From the IMG/VR virus record IMGVR_UViG_3300037851_000125, positions 1 through 42,623 of that record: a DNA stretch of 42,623 bases. One strand, written 5' to 3'. The notes beneath the pieces were generated by a model that saw only the letters and a list, made by a program, of their open reading frames with translations, was not told the origin of the DNA and did not search any database. This document shows, in pieces, positions 20,485-31,045 of this stretch. Positions within the stretch are counted from its first letter, which is position 1; every line of letters begins with the position of its first letter. Made by a program: the position numbers and the translations under genes. The DNA comes from a virus. Taxonomy: Duplodnaviria; Caudoviricetes.

Positions 20485-22846
20485 ATAAATTAAAAAAGCC
20501 CTTTACTATTTGTTCCCCTTGTATTTTGGTTCCATAGTAATTGGGATGCACGTAATCATCAGTTGTATTTGTCAGGTACAATCTATAATCAGCGCCTACT
20601 GTCCATGTCGGGAAAGCTAAATTAAGATTAAATGCTGCATCCAAATTATTAGAATCTATTAAATCTTTATACTGATCCCAAAGCAATTGGGCATTGGTGT
20701 TTGTTGTAGTATCATTTGTGATACCGTCAGTTGTTAATCCGCCTGATGTACATAGTATCACTTCTCCTGTAAAATTAGAATATATTTCGCTTAACATGCT
20801 TTCAATATTAGGCATTATCGTAGCGGGTACGTTGCCATCGTTAATGCCTATCTGTGTTAGTAGTAAATCTGGATTTATAAAATTTAAAAAAGAAAGAAAA
20901 TGAGGTCGTCCAACCCAATCTTCTGAACGTGATCCTCCCCTGCATAAATGATACCCCACATTGTCATCATCATTTAAAAATGATGCCCCGTAAAACCTGA
21001 CCGTTCCTGATATTGTATTAATAATTGCTGAATGTTGTCCTTTAGTCGTAGTAATATCAACGTATTTTAACATTTTCGCCCCCGCCGCATTAACTGGTGT
21101 GTCAATGCCCCTAAAATTAATATTAAAAGTTCCGGAGCCGGTGTCCTGCAAATACCAAATTCTAAAACGTGTATAACTGCATTTATAATTAGGAGTAAAC
21201 GTTAATGTTGCTCCTGAACTTGGCACAGTTGAAAATCCACTGACACCAAATTCATCATCATTTGTGAGCCTTTCAGTCGAACTAATTATTTTATCAGTCC
21301 ATGTCCCCGTACGTGTAGGTACAACCTTATCGTCGTAATAAGTTAATCCAGCATTGCACCATCCAACAGAATTAGTTCCCGCCTTTTTGTCAAACAATAT
21401 TCTTTCTGCATATATACCTAACGGGGATGTACTGTCCCCTATCGTCATTATTTTGGTTTTAGTTCCAGCATTATATTTTGTTATAAATGCAGGAATAGCC
21501 CCATATATATGTTGGGTGCTTGAGTTGTGATACGCTTTCATTCCTTTATACCTTCCCTTTTCAGAATGATTAAATCCTGAATTTGAGTAATAATATAAAG
21601 CCCAATTTCTGACATACCAATCTAGGGCATTTTGAGCATAGGCATGAGTAGCCTGTTCGTCAAAGGATATTATGAGGGAAGTTCTATTACGTAAATATAA
21701 ATCGGCATTATAACCAAGTGTTTGAGTTGTTGCTGTAAATTTATATGCGCCAAAATAATAATTACCTGTTGTTTTTTCCTTAATATTACCAAACACGGCT
21801 GGAACTGCTCTTAACGAAATTGATGCAGTCAAAGCATCGTTTGTGATGTCATAAAATAACGTGCTTCTAAATACGACCCCACAGCAATATCCTGAACCTG
21901 ACACATTAATATTCCAAGTATTATAGCTATCCGTCCACTTAACCATATCTGCGGCAGGATTATAATTCGCAGGGTCAAAATTTACTTTCTGAACCCCAGC
22001 ATCCCAAAATCGCAGCTTGTATATCCCCCCATTCCAAAAATGTGCCGCACCATTCGTATCTGAACCAATTTCATAAGGTTGTGCCTGTTGATATAGTTGT
22101 CCTGTTTGGCTTGGTATTGCTTGAGTTCTGATTAATGTCCATGATACAGGTTCATGTGTAATCGAATCGTCTTCGCTCCAATAGTATGACACATCCCCAG
22201 TCGTAATATTTCTTGTACACCTAAGCCAAAATTTATCGCCATTTGGAGTTATTGTATTCGCCGAACTTGAATTAATTTCATTGGTTCCATCCTTTGAAAA
22301 ATTAAAACCAAATACTTTATTAGTAGCATTTGTCACCGTTAGTCGAAAAGTCTTATAACTACCTGAGGTTTGGGCGAATATACAACCATTACTAACAGTA
22401 CCTTTGACGGATAATAATACATCTATTTGAGTATCGCCTGTTGTATTGCTTCCTGCACTTGTCTTTAAATAACCACCACCCAAACTCCCAAAAGAAGCCC
22501 AATATCTCAACCCTTCGTACTTACATAATATTGGCATATTTGCAGCTGTTACTTGCGTATAATCCCCTTTATCCGTCAAATTATATAGTTTCTCAATAAT
22601 AGGCCAGCCATTTGTGTTGCCTGTATTTAATTTATAGCCTAGTGCCGCATCGACAACAGTATTTAAGTTATCAAAATTATCAATTGATGTGTAAATGTCT
22701 TTTGTCATTTCTTGCATAATTACAGCATCTTCAATTGTACCACCGTCAGCAATAACCCTATTATAATGACTATTCGCTCTCGATAGCCATAGCCCGCCCC
22801 CGACGATGCCATTTACTCCTACAGTTCTTACATGTACTCCAAGCAT
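20483..22846 (-). CDS. Fibre-like protein (possibly a head fibre): LamG-like region plus SGNH/GDSL esterase
   Basis: MLGV..GGG N-terminus and RVIADGGTIE; SGNH blocks IGDST, RGGSRS, QIGIND, DYVHPN. Confidence 0.72.
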   Translation of the reverse strand: MLGVHVRTVGVNGIVGGGLWLSRANSHYNRVIADGGTIEDAVIMQEMTKDIYTSIDNFDNLNTVVDAALGYKLNTGNTNGWPIIEKLYNLTDKGDYTQVTAANMPILCKYEGLRYWASFGSLGGGYLKTSAGSNTTGDTQIDVLLSVKGTVSNGCIFAQTSGSYKTFRLTVTNATNKVFGFNFSKDGTNEINSSSANTITPNGDKFWLRCTRNITTGDVSYYWSEDDSITHEPVSWTLIRTQAIPSQTGQLYQQAQPYEIGSDTNGAAHFWNGGIYKLRFWDAGVQKVNFDPANYNPAADMVKWTDSYNTWNINVSGSGYCCGVVFRSTLFYDITNDALTASISLRAVPAVFGNIKEKTTGNYYFGAYKFTATTQTLGYNADLYLRNRTSLIISFDEQATHAYAQNALDWYVRNWALYYYSNSGFNHSEKGRYKGMKAYHNSSTQHIYGAIPAFITKYNAGTKTKIMTIGDSTSPLGIYAERILFDKKAGTNSVGWCNAGLTYYDDKVVPTRTGTWTDKIISSTERLTNDDEFGVSGFSTVPSSGATLTFTPNYKCSYTRFRIWYLQDTGSGTFNINFRGIDTPVNAAGAKMLKYVDITTTKGQHSAIINTISGTVRFYGASFLNDDDNVGYHLCRGGSRSEDWVGRPHFLSFLNFINPDLLLTQIGINDGNVPATIMPNIESMLSEIYSNFTGEVILCTSGGLTTDGITNDTTTNTNAQLLWDQYKDLIDSNNLDAAFNLNLAFPTWTVGADYRLYLTNTTDDYVHPNYYGTKIQGEQIVKGFFNL

Positions 22847-22848
22847 AA

Positions 22849-23148
22849 TTAAATATAATAAGCTACTACTGAACCACTAGTTAATTGTATTGAATCTATA
22901 TAAGCTTTCTTGCCGTTAATATATCCAGCAGAATAATATATTCCTGTGGTTAATGCTGCGGAAGCCAAATCTGTTCTTTCTGTATGTGTTGCTGGTGTTC
23001 CTCCTTCTGGAGTAACATATACATGAGTTATAACAGCATCCTCATTTACTACAAATCCAAAGAATTTGCCTGTAACAGCAGCCGTTCCAGTTATTAATAA
23101 GGAACCAGCATCTGCCATTAACCTATTTAATTGTATTTCTTCATTCAT
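22849..23148 (-). CDS. Small beta-rich virion protein, putative head-fibre base
   Basis: 99 aa ending SIQLTSGSVVAY; coupled to the fibre gene downstream of portal. Confidence 0.5.
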   Translation of the reverse strand: MNEEIQLNRLMADAGSLLITGTAAVTGKFFGFVVNEDAVITHVYVTPEGGTPATHTERTDLASAALTTGIYYSAGYINGKKAYIDSIQLTSGSVVAYYI

Positions 23149-23308
23149 TTTTAATATTTTTATAAAGTTTATCTATTCTTAGTTTATCCAACTGTCTCCA
23201 TAAATCCAGAAGTTTATCCCTTAATTTCTTAACTTCATTCTCATCCTTTTCCCTCTGAATATATCGGCTCATTGCATTAATTTCATCAATAAGTTCTATA
23301 TCACTCAT
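23141..23308 (-). CDS. Small helical hypothetical protein (55 aa)
   Basis: Not in the track: MSDIELIDEINAMSRYIQREKDE...KNE*; fills the gap after portal. Confidence 0.55.
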   Translation of the reverse strand: MSDIELIDEINAMSRYIQREKDENEVKKLRDKLLDLWRQLDKLRIDKLYKNIKNE

Positions 23309-23312
23309 CCAC

Positions 23313-25781
23313 CTACTTTTTAGTTACTGGTCTTTTCTTCATCTGCTGTATCTTAGCAGCACTCTCTCTTTTCTTTAAAGTTAATTCTTCTTTATCAATA
23401 GCTTCAGATTGTTTCTGTTGTCTTAGTTTCAAACTATTTTCAAATGCTTGTTGTGTTCTTTCTAAGGCTAATTTTTCCAGTTCTAATATATCCGGTACAT
23501 TATTATCATTTACATCAGATTCTTTAGCAAACCCCATAGCTTGTAAAGTAGCTTTTTGTATCTCAACTTCCCTATCAAGCTGTTCATTCATATTTTTACT
23601 ATCCAACTCATCATATTTAAAAGCTAATTCAGCTTGTTTCTGTTCCATAGCAGTTTGCATTTGAGCATGTGCCATTTCCATTTCATGTTGTCTAGCCTCT
23701 TGAGCCTGTTGTTGCATTTCTTGTTCAAAGGTTTCCAACTTTCTCTGTAAACTTGACGGATCTGTACTTCTAGCAAGTTCCATAGCCATACTCATTGAAC
23801 CGCCATTTTGTATAAATGGTTGTATTAAACTTTTCAAAGTTTGTAATACTTCCTGATCCCTAGTAGCTGTAGAAATATCTATACCATATTCTCCTTCAGC
23901 TATTAAGGAACTATCAAAATCTAATACAGATCTGGTTCTATCATCTAAAATATATTCTTTTTTGAAAGATTTACCCCTCCATGCAACTTTAGCAGCTTCT
24001 AATAAAACTTTTAATACCCTTACTTTATGGTTATCGTGTAATCCAAACCATTTTTCAGTATTCATATTAGACTGCATAATAGCTCTCTCTACTCCACCTA
24101 CAGTCTCTCTATTATCTACAGCACCTTTTCTTTGAGGAGTTACTCCAGTAATATTATCTACCTGTGTTTGTATCCAAGTTAATAATACATATAAAGACTG
24201 TACTAATTTATCATCAGATAAATCTATAACGGGAGATGTTTCATTCATCGTACCACCTAACTTACCTATAGCTGCACCAGCCAATCCTTCATTAAAAGCA
24301 TCTACTGGCATATACCCCATGTATTCTGAATAAAACATTATTTTATCCATTTCCCAACTTGAAGGTAATAAATGTAGAGGTAATTTAGCTATCTTACCTT
24401 TATACTTAGCTATAGAAAGTTTTAACTTGTGCATTATAGCATTATAAAAGTATTGATATTCTTTAGTCATATCAACTAAAGATCTTACTTTAGATGAATT
24501 TGTATTATAAAATGTGCCTATAACTCCAGGATTACACGAAGATAAATTATCTAAATGTCTAACCTGAAATGGCACAGGTCTCATTCTTGTATATATGTTT
24601 TGTCCTATTTTAGTACCTTCTAACCATTCACTAATCCATTTCCACTCAACCTTTTCACCTTTAGCAATATCTGGGGTATATTGTTCTGGAACAATATCCT
24701 CAACAAGTTCCATATTTTCATCATAATAAGATACTATGCCGATCTTTCTCATAGATTTCCATAATACCCTAGTTACCCTAACATTACCTTCAAAATCATA
24801 ATATCCCCCAAAATAACTACTACCTGAAGAGTTTACTTCTAATATTTTATTCACATCATGTGTGCCAAAAATAGGATCTACAGATAGTATAGGATTTCTT
24901 ATTTGATTTGAAAAATTAGCACTTGTAGTACTTACGACACTATATCCTTTTTCTAATTCATCAATTTCATGAGGTTTTAAAAAGTCATAGTACATGTCTA
25001 GTACTTTACCTAAAGGTACAAAACTATCCTCTATAATAATACTAGCATCTTCAGCTTTCCAAGAGTCAGCTCCCCTTAAAGCATATAAATTAAGAGGATT
25101 TCCTTTTCTAATTTGTGGTTCCCCACCATATATATCTACAATAGTCCACTCTTCTCCAGATATAAGTACATCCTCAAATTGTTTACTAAAACACTCATCT
25201 ATAGGATTTCCATCATACGCTACCCTACGCAAGTAAGATAATGTTTGATGCGCCATTCTTTCCCTACTATCTCTATAAGTAAAATTTTTCCATTTCTCTA
25301 ACTCAACTAAATATTTTTGAGCATCTTGTTCAGTATATTGTTTACCACTAAAATAATAGTTCAACATAAACTGATTTAACCTTTCATTAGTTATTCTCAG
25401 TTTCTCAGTTACAGCATCTTCATTTTCATTAATTACAGTATAATTAAAACTTCTACGCCTCTCTTCACCAATAAGTACATTAATGTTTGGATTTATACAA
25501 GGATAGTTACTATATACTGTAGGAAAATCAAATCCCTGAAGTTTCATTGGATTTAATACCCTTTCTACTTCTACAGGATCTACAACATCATTCCAAAGAT
25601 TATAGTTTATAATTTTATTATGCCTGTTATTTCTAACTGTTCTACCAGTATTCATCCCATTGGCCCAATAAACTAATGATAATCCTGAGTCTATACACTC
25701 CTTATAAAACTTATCATTTTTTTGAGAATCTGTTTTTTTCTGTGACGGGAAGAACCCCGTAGGCATATTTATTTCAAACAT
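23313..25781 (-). CDS. Portal protein (crAss-like)
   Basis: 822 aa; PSQK start, LIGEERRR, EWLEGTKIG, GVTPQRKG..ETVGGVERA, coiled-coil C-terminus. Confidence 0.92.
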   Translation of the reverse strand: MFEINMPTGFFPSQKKTDSQKNDKFYKECIDSGLSLVYWANGMNTGRTVRNNRHNKIINYNLWNDVVDPVEVERVLNPMKLQGFDFPTVYSNYPCINPNINVLIGEERRRSFNYTVINENEDAVTEKLRITNERLNQFMLNYYFSGKQYTEQDAQKYLVELEKWKNFTYRDSRERMAHQTLSYLRRVAYDGNPIDECFSKQFEDVLISGEEWTIVDIYGGEPQIRKGNPLNLYALRGADSWKAEDASIIIEDSFVPLGKVLDMYYDFLKPHEIDELEKGYSVVSTTSANFSNQIRNPILSVDPIFGTHDVNKILEVNSSGSSYFGGYYDFEGNVRVTRVLWKSMRKIGIVSYYDENMELVEDIVPEQYTPDIAKGEKVEWKWISEWLEGTKIGQNIYTRMRPVPFQVRHLDNLSSCNPGVIGTFYNTNSSKVRSLVDMTKEYQYFYNAIMHKLKLSIAKYKGKIAKLPLHLLPSSWEMDKIMFYSEYMGYMPVDAFNEGLAGAAIGKLGGTMNETSPVIDLSDDKLVQSLYVLLTWIQTQVDNITGVTPQRKGAVDNRETVGGVERAIMQSNMNTEKWFGLHDNHKVRVLKVLLEAAKVAWRGKSFKKEYILDDRTRSVLDFDSSLIAEGEYGIDISTATRDQEVLQTLKSLIQPFIQNGGSMSMAMELARSTDPSSLQRKLETFEQEMQQQAQEARQHEMEMAHAQMQTAMEQKQAELAFKYDELDSKNMNEQLDREVEIQKATLQAMGFAKESDVNDNNVPDILELEKLALERTQQAFENSLKLRQQKQSEAIDKEELTLKKRESAAKIQQMKKRPVTKK

Positions 25782-25864
25782 CTATTCCTAATTTATTTTC
25801 CAAATATAATCTTTATATTTATTTCTATCCAGTATTAAATATATAAACAGTTTTGTAGTATAAC

Positions 25865-28060
25865 TTAATTTACTTTAAATTCTTTGTTTAAAATTTGAGC
25901 TACGGAGGGGTGAAAACTTGTTTTACTGGCAAACCTGTTAAAAAATGGATCTTCAGCTCTAGTTTTAATTTTCTGTGTATAAGACTGTAAAACTTTCTTT
26001 CTATCCTCTCTATAGATCATAAGAGGTAACATAGCAGATATATCATCATAGTTACCATCAGGATTAAACCCTATTATTTCTTTTAATAAAGGTATACTTC
26101 TAAGTTCATCATATCTTGCTAATATAATAGGTTCCTCCCCATCTTTAACTTCAGGTTGTTCATAAGCTTTTTCATTTAGCCATGTTTCAAATAATTCTAA
26201 TCCTAAAGCTTTAACTCCATCCGGCATTGGACAACCCTTTTTATTATTTCCTATAGGCATTGGTTTAACCAATCCTTTTTGCGCAAGTATTTCAGGTTCA
26301 TCTGCTAATAAATGTATAGAACCAGCATTATAAAAATATGTATATATTCCTATATTAGTTCTTTCGTACATTGCTGTTCCATTATACAGCATCAACAACC
26401 TTCTACATTTTTCATAGAATTTATCAGCTTCTGGCCTACCTTTATAATGAACTACAATTCTATCAGTCCATGAGTCTAATCCTATTATAGAACCTACAGA
26501 ATTAGTAGTAGAATAGTCTTTATCATAACTGTCAATTCCAAAAATTACTCTATTTCTATAAGGTTTACCAGTTTCTCTATCTATAACGGGTTCTTCATAT
26601 ATCTCTATAACTCCAGGCTTATTTATATTGTCTTTTAAAGGGAAATCTCTTAAAGGAGGATGTATTAAATCGGGTACAATAACAACATTACCATTGTTTA
26701 TTTCTAAATCAACACATTGTATAGAATTAATATATTTGGTTCTATTACTCTCTATAATAGAAAGTCTTGCTTGCGCTCTGGTTACATCAAATCTATTACC
26801 TTCAACTCTCAAGAAAGCTTCACTAGGTTTTAAAGGTTGCTGCGAAATAAATTTATTATAAGCATATCTATCTCCTCTAGCACGCAGATTTCTTTTCTCC
26901 ATTAAAGAATCATAGGCAACTTCTCTAATACTATTACCATTAACATCTACACCTTCTAAAGTGATAGTTTGTTCTTTACCATTAACAAAATGTTTTTTAA
27001 CTACTTTATCAGGATAATACCACAAATCGTCTATAAAATATCCACATTTACCTGTAGCATTATCATCATATATATTCTCATAACCTTTTAATCCATAAGC
27101 TGAAGGATTATAAAACATATCCTCTAAACCTACAGAACCCACTTCAATATCAGCAGCAGAACCCCATAAAATAGGCACACCAGTCATAATATTACCATCC
27201 CTAAAAGTAGGTTCTGCAATACTATAAGCTGTTAAGAAATCAGGCCATCTACCTAACTCTTCTCCATTAAAAGCATAAATACTTTCGCCAATTGATTTAA
27301 AAGGGTTATCTTTAAAAGATACTGCTAAAAATTCACTTAAATCCCCATCTTCTATCTCTTGCCCATTTCTATCATATCCTTTAAATCCAGACTTAATATG
27401 ATCTCTTCTATTAATGATTCTTCTTTTAGACCAACAGGTATATTTATTTAAATGGTTTAGTGTGGTGTGTACAGCGTCTAAAGGAACTTTATAATACTGC
27501 GTTTCAAATGCAGCTAGTACTGTAGTAGAACCTGGAACAAAATTATAATTATATGCTGAAACTGTACTACTATCAAAGTATGAGAATCCTTTTCTACGAG
27601 ACTTTAAACATATCATACCTTGCATAGGTTTACCTACATGAGGCCCTTCAGCAAAACACTCTTCTAACTCTAAACCTATATAGTATTGATGGTCTAAGAA
27701 TTTAGGAAATGTCCATATCTTCCTATCACTATACTCTATACCAGTTTTAGGATCTATAGGTCTAGCTTTAATCATCCCAAAGTTTAGCATGAAATAGTAT
27801 CTTCCTGGTATTCTTACACCACCAACACTATATCCTTCAATACACCTTCTGTCCTGTTCTTCCCAATAATCTTCATAGTCCTTAGTACCTGCTGGAGCAT
27901 CTGTATAATAACCATAACGCATGAAATGTCTAGCTTCTTCTGAAAATACAGCAGAATTAACAAACTTTAAATAATCATGGTTAGTATTTCTAACAGGATT
28001 ATTTGCTTCAGATACATTCCACTTCTCAGCTACAATTATCTTTTGTTGCGTACTTCCCAT
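25865..28060 (-). CDS. terL: Terminase large subunit
   Basis: Walker A-like LKSRRKGFSY, Walker B GEELG, nuclease motifs FGIDSYD and GNYDDISA. Confidence 0.93.
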   Translation of the reverse strand: MGSTQQKIIVAEKWNVSEANNPVRNTNHDYLKFVNSAVFSEEARHFMRYGYYTDAPAGTKDYEDYWEEQDRRCIEGYSVGGVRIPGRYYFMLNFGMIKARPIDPKTGIEYSDRKIWTFPKFLDHQYYIGLELEECFAEGPHVGKPMQGMICLKSRRKGFSYFDSSTVSAYNYNFVPGSTTVLAAFETQYYKVPLDAVHTTLNHLNKYTCWSKRRIINRRDHIKSGFKGYDRNGQEIEDGDLSEFLAVSFKDNPFKSIGESIYAFNGEELGRWPDFLTAYSIAEPTFRDGNIMTGVPILWGSAADIEVGSVGLEDMFYNPSAYGLKGYENIYDDNATGKCGYFIDDLWYYPDKVVKKHFVNGKEQTITLEGVDVNGNSIREVAYDSLMEKRNLRARGDRYAYNKFISQQPLKPSEAFLRVEGNRFDVTRAQARLSIIESNRTKYINSIQCVDLEINNGNVVIVPDLIHPPLRDFPLKDNINKPGVIEIYEEPVIDRETGKPYRNRVIFGIDSYDKDYSTTNSVGSIIGLDSWTDRIVVHYKGRPEADKFYEKCRRLLMLYNGTAMYERTNIGIYTYFYNAGSIHLLADEPEILAQKGLVKPMPIGNNKKGCPMPDGVKALGLELFETWLNEKAYEQPEVKDGEEPIILARYDELRSIPLLKEIIGFNPDGNYDDISAMLPLMIYREDRKKVLQSYTQKIKTRAEDPFFNRFASKTSFHPSVAQILNKEFKVN

Positions 28061-28581
28061 TTACTTACACTACCTCCACCTTTTAACTTCATTTCTATTA
28101 ATTTCTCTTCTTCAACTCTAGTCTTTAATTTATCAAGAATTACAAGTAATTTTTCAATCTTTTCAGCATTAGTTAAATATTGTGCTGTTACCTTACCTTC
28201 TTCATCTGTAGCTAAAGCATCGGCATTATTTCTAAAATATTGTCTTATTTTAGATACTCCATATTCAATATCTTCTAATAATCCCATAGAAGCCGTCTTA
28301 GTTAAGTCTTTATATTTCTCAATAGCAGCTTTAACTAAATCAGACTCTTTCCAACTTTTAGTAGTAATAACATCTTTAATTACATAACTGGCTCTAACAT
28401 CCTCAGTTTTATTTTTATAAGGAGATTTAAAATCTGCCATATAAACTACATAAGCCAACTCTTCTAAAGCCAGCTTTTTATCTTTAGACTTATCAGCATC
28501 ATAAATATCCTTAAACTCCTTAATTAATAAAGCTTCAGGAGATGGTATTACTTTCCTATTATCAAAATCAAATAGTTTCAT
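28036..28581 (-). CDS. Conserved protein upstream of TerL, possible small terminase
   Basis: DKSKDK..A..ELAYV.YM.D.KSPY motif; overlaps the TerL start. Confidence 0.55.
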   Translation of the reverse strand: MKLFDFDNRKVIPSPEALLIKEFKDIYDADKSKDKKLALEELAYVVYMADFKSPYKNKTEDVRASYVIKDVITTKSWKESDLVKAAIEKYKDLTKTASMGLLEDIEYGVSKIRQYFRNNADALATDEEGKVTAQYLTNAEKIEKLLVILDKLKTRVEEEKLIEMKLKGGGSVSKWEVRNKR

Positions 28582-28834
28582 TCACTCCTTCTTTATATTT
28601 CTTGTTTTTATTTATTCTTTCTAATTTTTTCTTTCTGTGTTCAGGGCAGTAAAATAACCCCCATCCTTTAACTCTTACAGATTTAAATACAGTATTTTCC
28701 CTATCACCAGAAGCCATTATCTCACTTATAAACTTATAAGTGAGTTTGATAGCCTCTTCTCCCTGGTTAAAAGAAATACCTTCCTCCTTACATATTTCTT
28801 TTAGTACTTCATTCTGTATATCTCCTCTAAGCAT
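28568..28834 (-). CDS. HU/IHF-like protein
   Basis: Two helices followed by SVRVKGWGLF, resembling the HU beta-arm signature. Confidence 0.6.
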   Translation of the reverse strand: MLRGDIQNEVLKEICKEEGISFNQGEEAIKLTYKFISEIMASGDRENTVFKSVRVKGWGLFYCPEHRKKKLERINKNKKYKEGVNETI

Positions 28835-29204
28835 CTAGTTTTATTATAAAACTTATTTCATCAAATTTATCATCAAATAAAGCAGCATATTTAGGATTTA
28901 ATATATCCTTATCTTCCATAAGTTTGTGTTTCTTTAAACCCATAACTATGTTATAAAACCTATCAATAGATATGCCTACCTTATTACATAACTCTTCCTT
29001 ATTCCTTTTAGAGAATACTAATTCATTCTTCTCAATAGGATCTTGTATATGTTTGTATTTAGTGTGCCATAAGTATAACAATGCAGAATATACATCTTTT
29101 TCACTTGGACTTAGAAAACACAAGGGGGGATAAGATGATAATATCTTTACCATCTTATCATATTTATCTTCCTGTGTTACTTTTATTACTATGGGTAGTT
29201 TCAT
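28827..29204 (-). CDS. Winged-helix DNA-binding protein
   Basis: LSPSEKDV...ELCNKVGISIDRFYNIVMGLKKHKLM...LNPKY. Confidence 0.6.
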   Translation of the reverse strand: MKLPIVIKVTQEDKYDKMVKILSSYPPLCFLSPSEKDVYSALLYLWHTKYKHIQDPIEKNELVFSKRNKEELCNKVGISIDRFYNIVMGLKKHKLMEDKDILNPKYAALFDDKFDEISFIIKLDA

Positions 29205-29209
29205 ATTAT

Positions 29210-29476
29210 TTATTCATCTTCGTTTACATAAGTTAAATTAGAACCCAAATTATTTACATTCTGTGTATAATCTGCAACGAATTGGTCATATAATTCATTT
29301 ATAAATTCTATCTGAGTACGATTAAATAACTTTTTAAACCCTGCTTTACCAGCTTCTTTATACAATATTGTAACTATTTCCCCCCAAGTTTTTAATTCAG
29401 ATGTGCCAGCATTTAAATCATTTTGCAATACTATCGTCAATTGTTCAACGTTAACTTTCTGAAAATCAATTTCCAT
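29210..29476 (-). CDS. Hypothetical protein
   Basis: 88-aa ORF in the operon. Confidence 0.55.
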   Translation of the reverse strand: MEIDFQKVNVEQLTIVLQNDLNAGTSELKTWGEIVTILYKEAGKAGFKKLFNRTQIEFINELYDQFVADYTQNVNNLGSNLTYVNEDE

Positions 29477-29497
29477 ACATTCTAAATTAAAAAATTA

Positions 29498-29659
29498 CTA
29501 CTTCTTATCCCAAATAATTGACTCAAGTTCAACTAGAAATACTCTCTTGCAAGATTTACATACAGGAATATGTTCTCCTTCATGCTCAATTATTTCATCA
29601 CACACTTTTCTTATGCCCTTTGCCTCACATCCAAGACAATATTTCTTTTTAGTTTTCAT
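29498..29659 (-). CDS. Small zinc-finger protein (53 aa)
   Basis: Not in the track: MKTKKKYCLGC...VCKSC..., two CxxC pairs. Confidence 0.55.
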   Translation of the reverse strand: MKTKKKYCLGCEAKGIRKVCDEIIEHEGEHIPVCKSCKRVFLVELESIIWDKK

Positions 29660-29675
29660 TAGTCATATTACTTTG

Positions 29676-30728
29676 TTATTTTGGTATCGCTGATATTACT
29701 TTCTTATGTAATATTTTATTTCCTTTCTTAGCCCTACTTAATCCACCACAATCTTCGCATCTATACAACTGATATTCTACAGCTTGAGTATAAAAATACT
29801 TATCCGGTATCAGTTTAAGTTTGTTACTACCACATAAAGAACAGTGGGGAGTAAGATCATTATTATAAATATCAAGATTTGGGTGGTTTTTAATGTATGG
29901 ACGTAACTTTAAATACACTTCTTCAAGTACTTCTACATCGTGCATATTGTACTCTAACATATAATTCAAAGACTCTTCATCTCCCTCTAAACATTTCTTC
30001 CACAATTCAAAGTCTGTATCATATTTACCTTCTATACCAAAACTGTTAGCTAAATGTTGAAGTTTATTGCTGCTAAACCCAAACTGATTTTTAGCTACTA
30101 ATCTAGTATCTATAATTTTATAACTTGAAGGGGGATTAAATCCATGTACTACAAATCTTGTATTTATTTTAGGTATATCAAACTTATTCCCATTATGACC
30201 AATAACTATATCTGCTTGATCTATAAGCTCCCACAAATCTTTCATTATGCTATAATCATCTTCTTTTAAAGCTTCTTCTGGGGTTATACACGCTCCAACA
30301 ACTTCATTTTCATCCAACCATTTAGCTGCCCAAGATATGATAAAAAAATCTGATATTAATTGAGATACTGCAACATTTTGCTTCCACATGCCCCAAGTAA
30401 AAGCCTTTAATGGAGCTGTTTCGACATCTATAAGTAATATTTTTACATGTTTGGAATCTGGTATTAGTTTAGCCAATCTTTCTGGATGTAATTTTGGCGA
30501 AGAATTTTCAAATTTGGTCTTATATCCATCTTTAGTGTTTTCCACAAGTTTACCAAATAAAGGTGCTTGGGATTTCCAAATAAATCCACAACTGTTTCTA
30601 TACTTATCAATAGCCCTTCTTATCGTACTTTCATTACACCCCATTACACTAGCTGCTGCTGCAATACTCGGATGCCTTGTTACATATTTACCATCTAATT
30701 CATATTGAAATACTGGTCTACTACCCAT
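29676..30728 (-). CDS. 3'-5' exonuclease (DEDD/RNase H-like) with N-terminal NUMOD1-like HTH and C-terminal Zn ribbon
   Basis: IDVET, GHNGNKFD and YNMHDV exonuclease motifs; RPVFQYELDG..SIAAAA..GFIWK; CSLC..CEDC. Confidence 0.85.
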   Translation of the reverse strand: MGSRPVFQYELDGKYVTRHPSIAAAASVMGCNESTIRRAIDKYRNSCGFIWKSQAPLFGKLVENTKDGYKTKFENSSPKLHPERLAKLIPDSKHVKILLIDVETAPLKAFTWGMWKQNVAVSQLISDFFIISWAAKWLDENEVVGACITPEEALKEDDYSIMKDLWELIDQADIVIGHNGNKFDIPKINTRFVVHGFNPPSSYKIIDTRLVAKNQFGFSSNKLQHLANSFGIEGKYDTDFELWKKCLEGDEESLNYMLEYNMHDVEVLEEVYLKLRPYIKNHPNLDIYNNDLTPHCSLCGSNKLKLIPDKYFYTQAVEYQLYRCEDCGGLSRAKKGNKILHKKVISAIPK

Positions 30729-30955
30729 ATATAGTTTTTTATGATTTCTTGTTTAAGTTCATTCTTGTTAGGAATAATAGTCAATTTTAGTGTATATTGT
30801 TTATTATCCTCAAAAACCAAATATAAAGTATTAATATAGTCTAACATTTGAAATCTATTTTCAAAATATTTATATTTAGTTTCTAATGTTTGTGGAACTA
30901 TTCCAGACTTTGTTTCAGTTTGTAATAATATTTGTCCTAAATTTTCCATCATCAA
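30695..30955 (-). CDS. Hypothetical protein
   Basis: 86-aa ORF right behind a promoter. Confidence 0.5.
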   Translation of the reverse strand: MMMENLGQILLQTETKSGIVPQTLETKYKYFENRFQMLDYINTLYLVFEDNKQYTLKLTIIPNKNELKQEIIKNYIWVVDQYFNMN

Positions 30956-30968
30956 TACTTTAACGATT

Positions 30969-31000
30969 CAAACATACAAAATATATTTTAATTCTCCAAA
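30969..31000 (-). promoter_or_regulatory. Bacteroidota primary-sigma promoter
   Basis: TTTG-N20-TATGTTTG on the minus strand. Confidence 0.7.
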
Positions 31001-31015
31001 TATTTAATTAAAAAA

Positions 31016-31045
31016 TAAATCCAGAGTAGTATTACCCTGGATTTA
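31016..31045 (-). terminator. Intrinsic terminator
   Basis: TAAATCCAG / CTGGATTTA stem followed by a T-run on the minus strand. Confidence 0.65.

Noticed and set aside
10373-22846. Diversity-generating retroelement acting on the fibre genes
   Set aside because: No reverse transcriptase, and no roughly 100-bp template/variable repeat pair with adenine-specific differences was seen; the shared repeat is only 31 bp and sits at the stop codons.
25865-28060. Intron or intein in TerL, portal or MCP
   Set aside because: The ORFs are continuous, and no intein terminal motifs or homing-endonuclease insert were seen.
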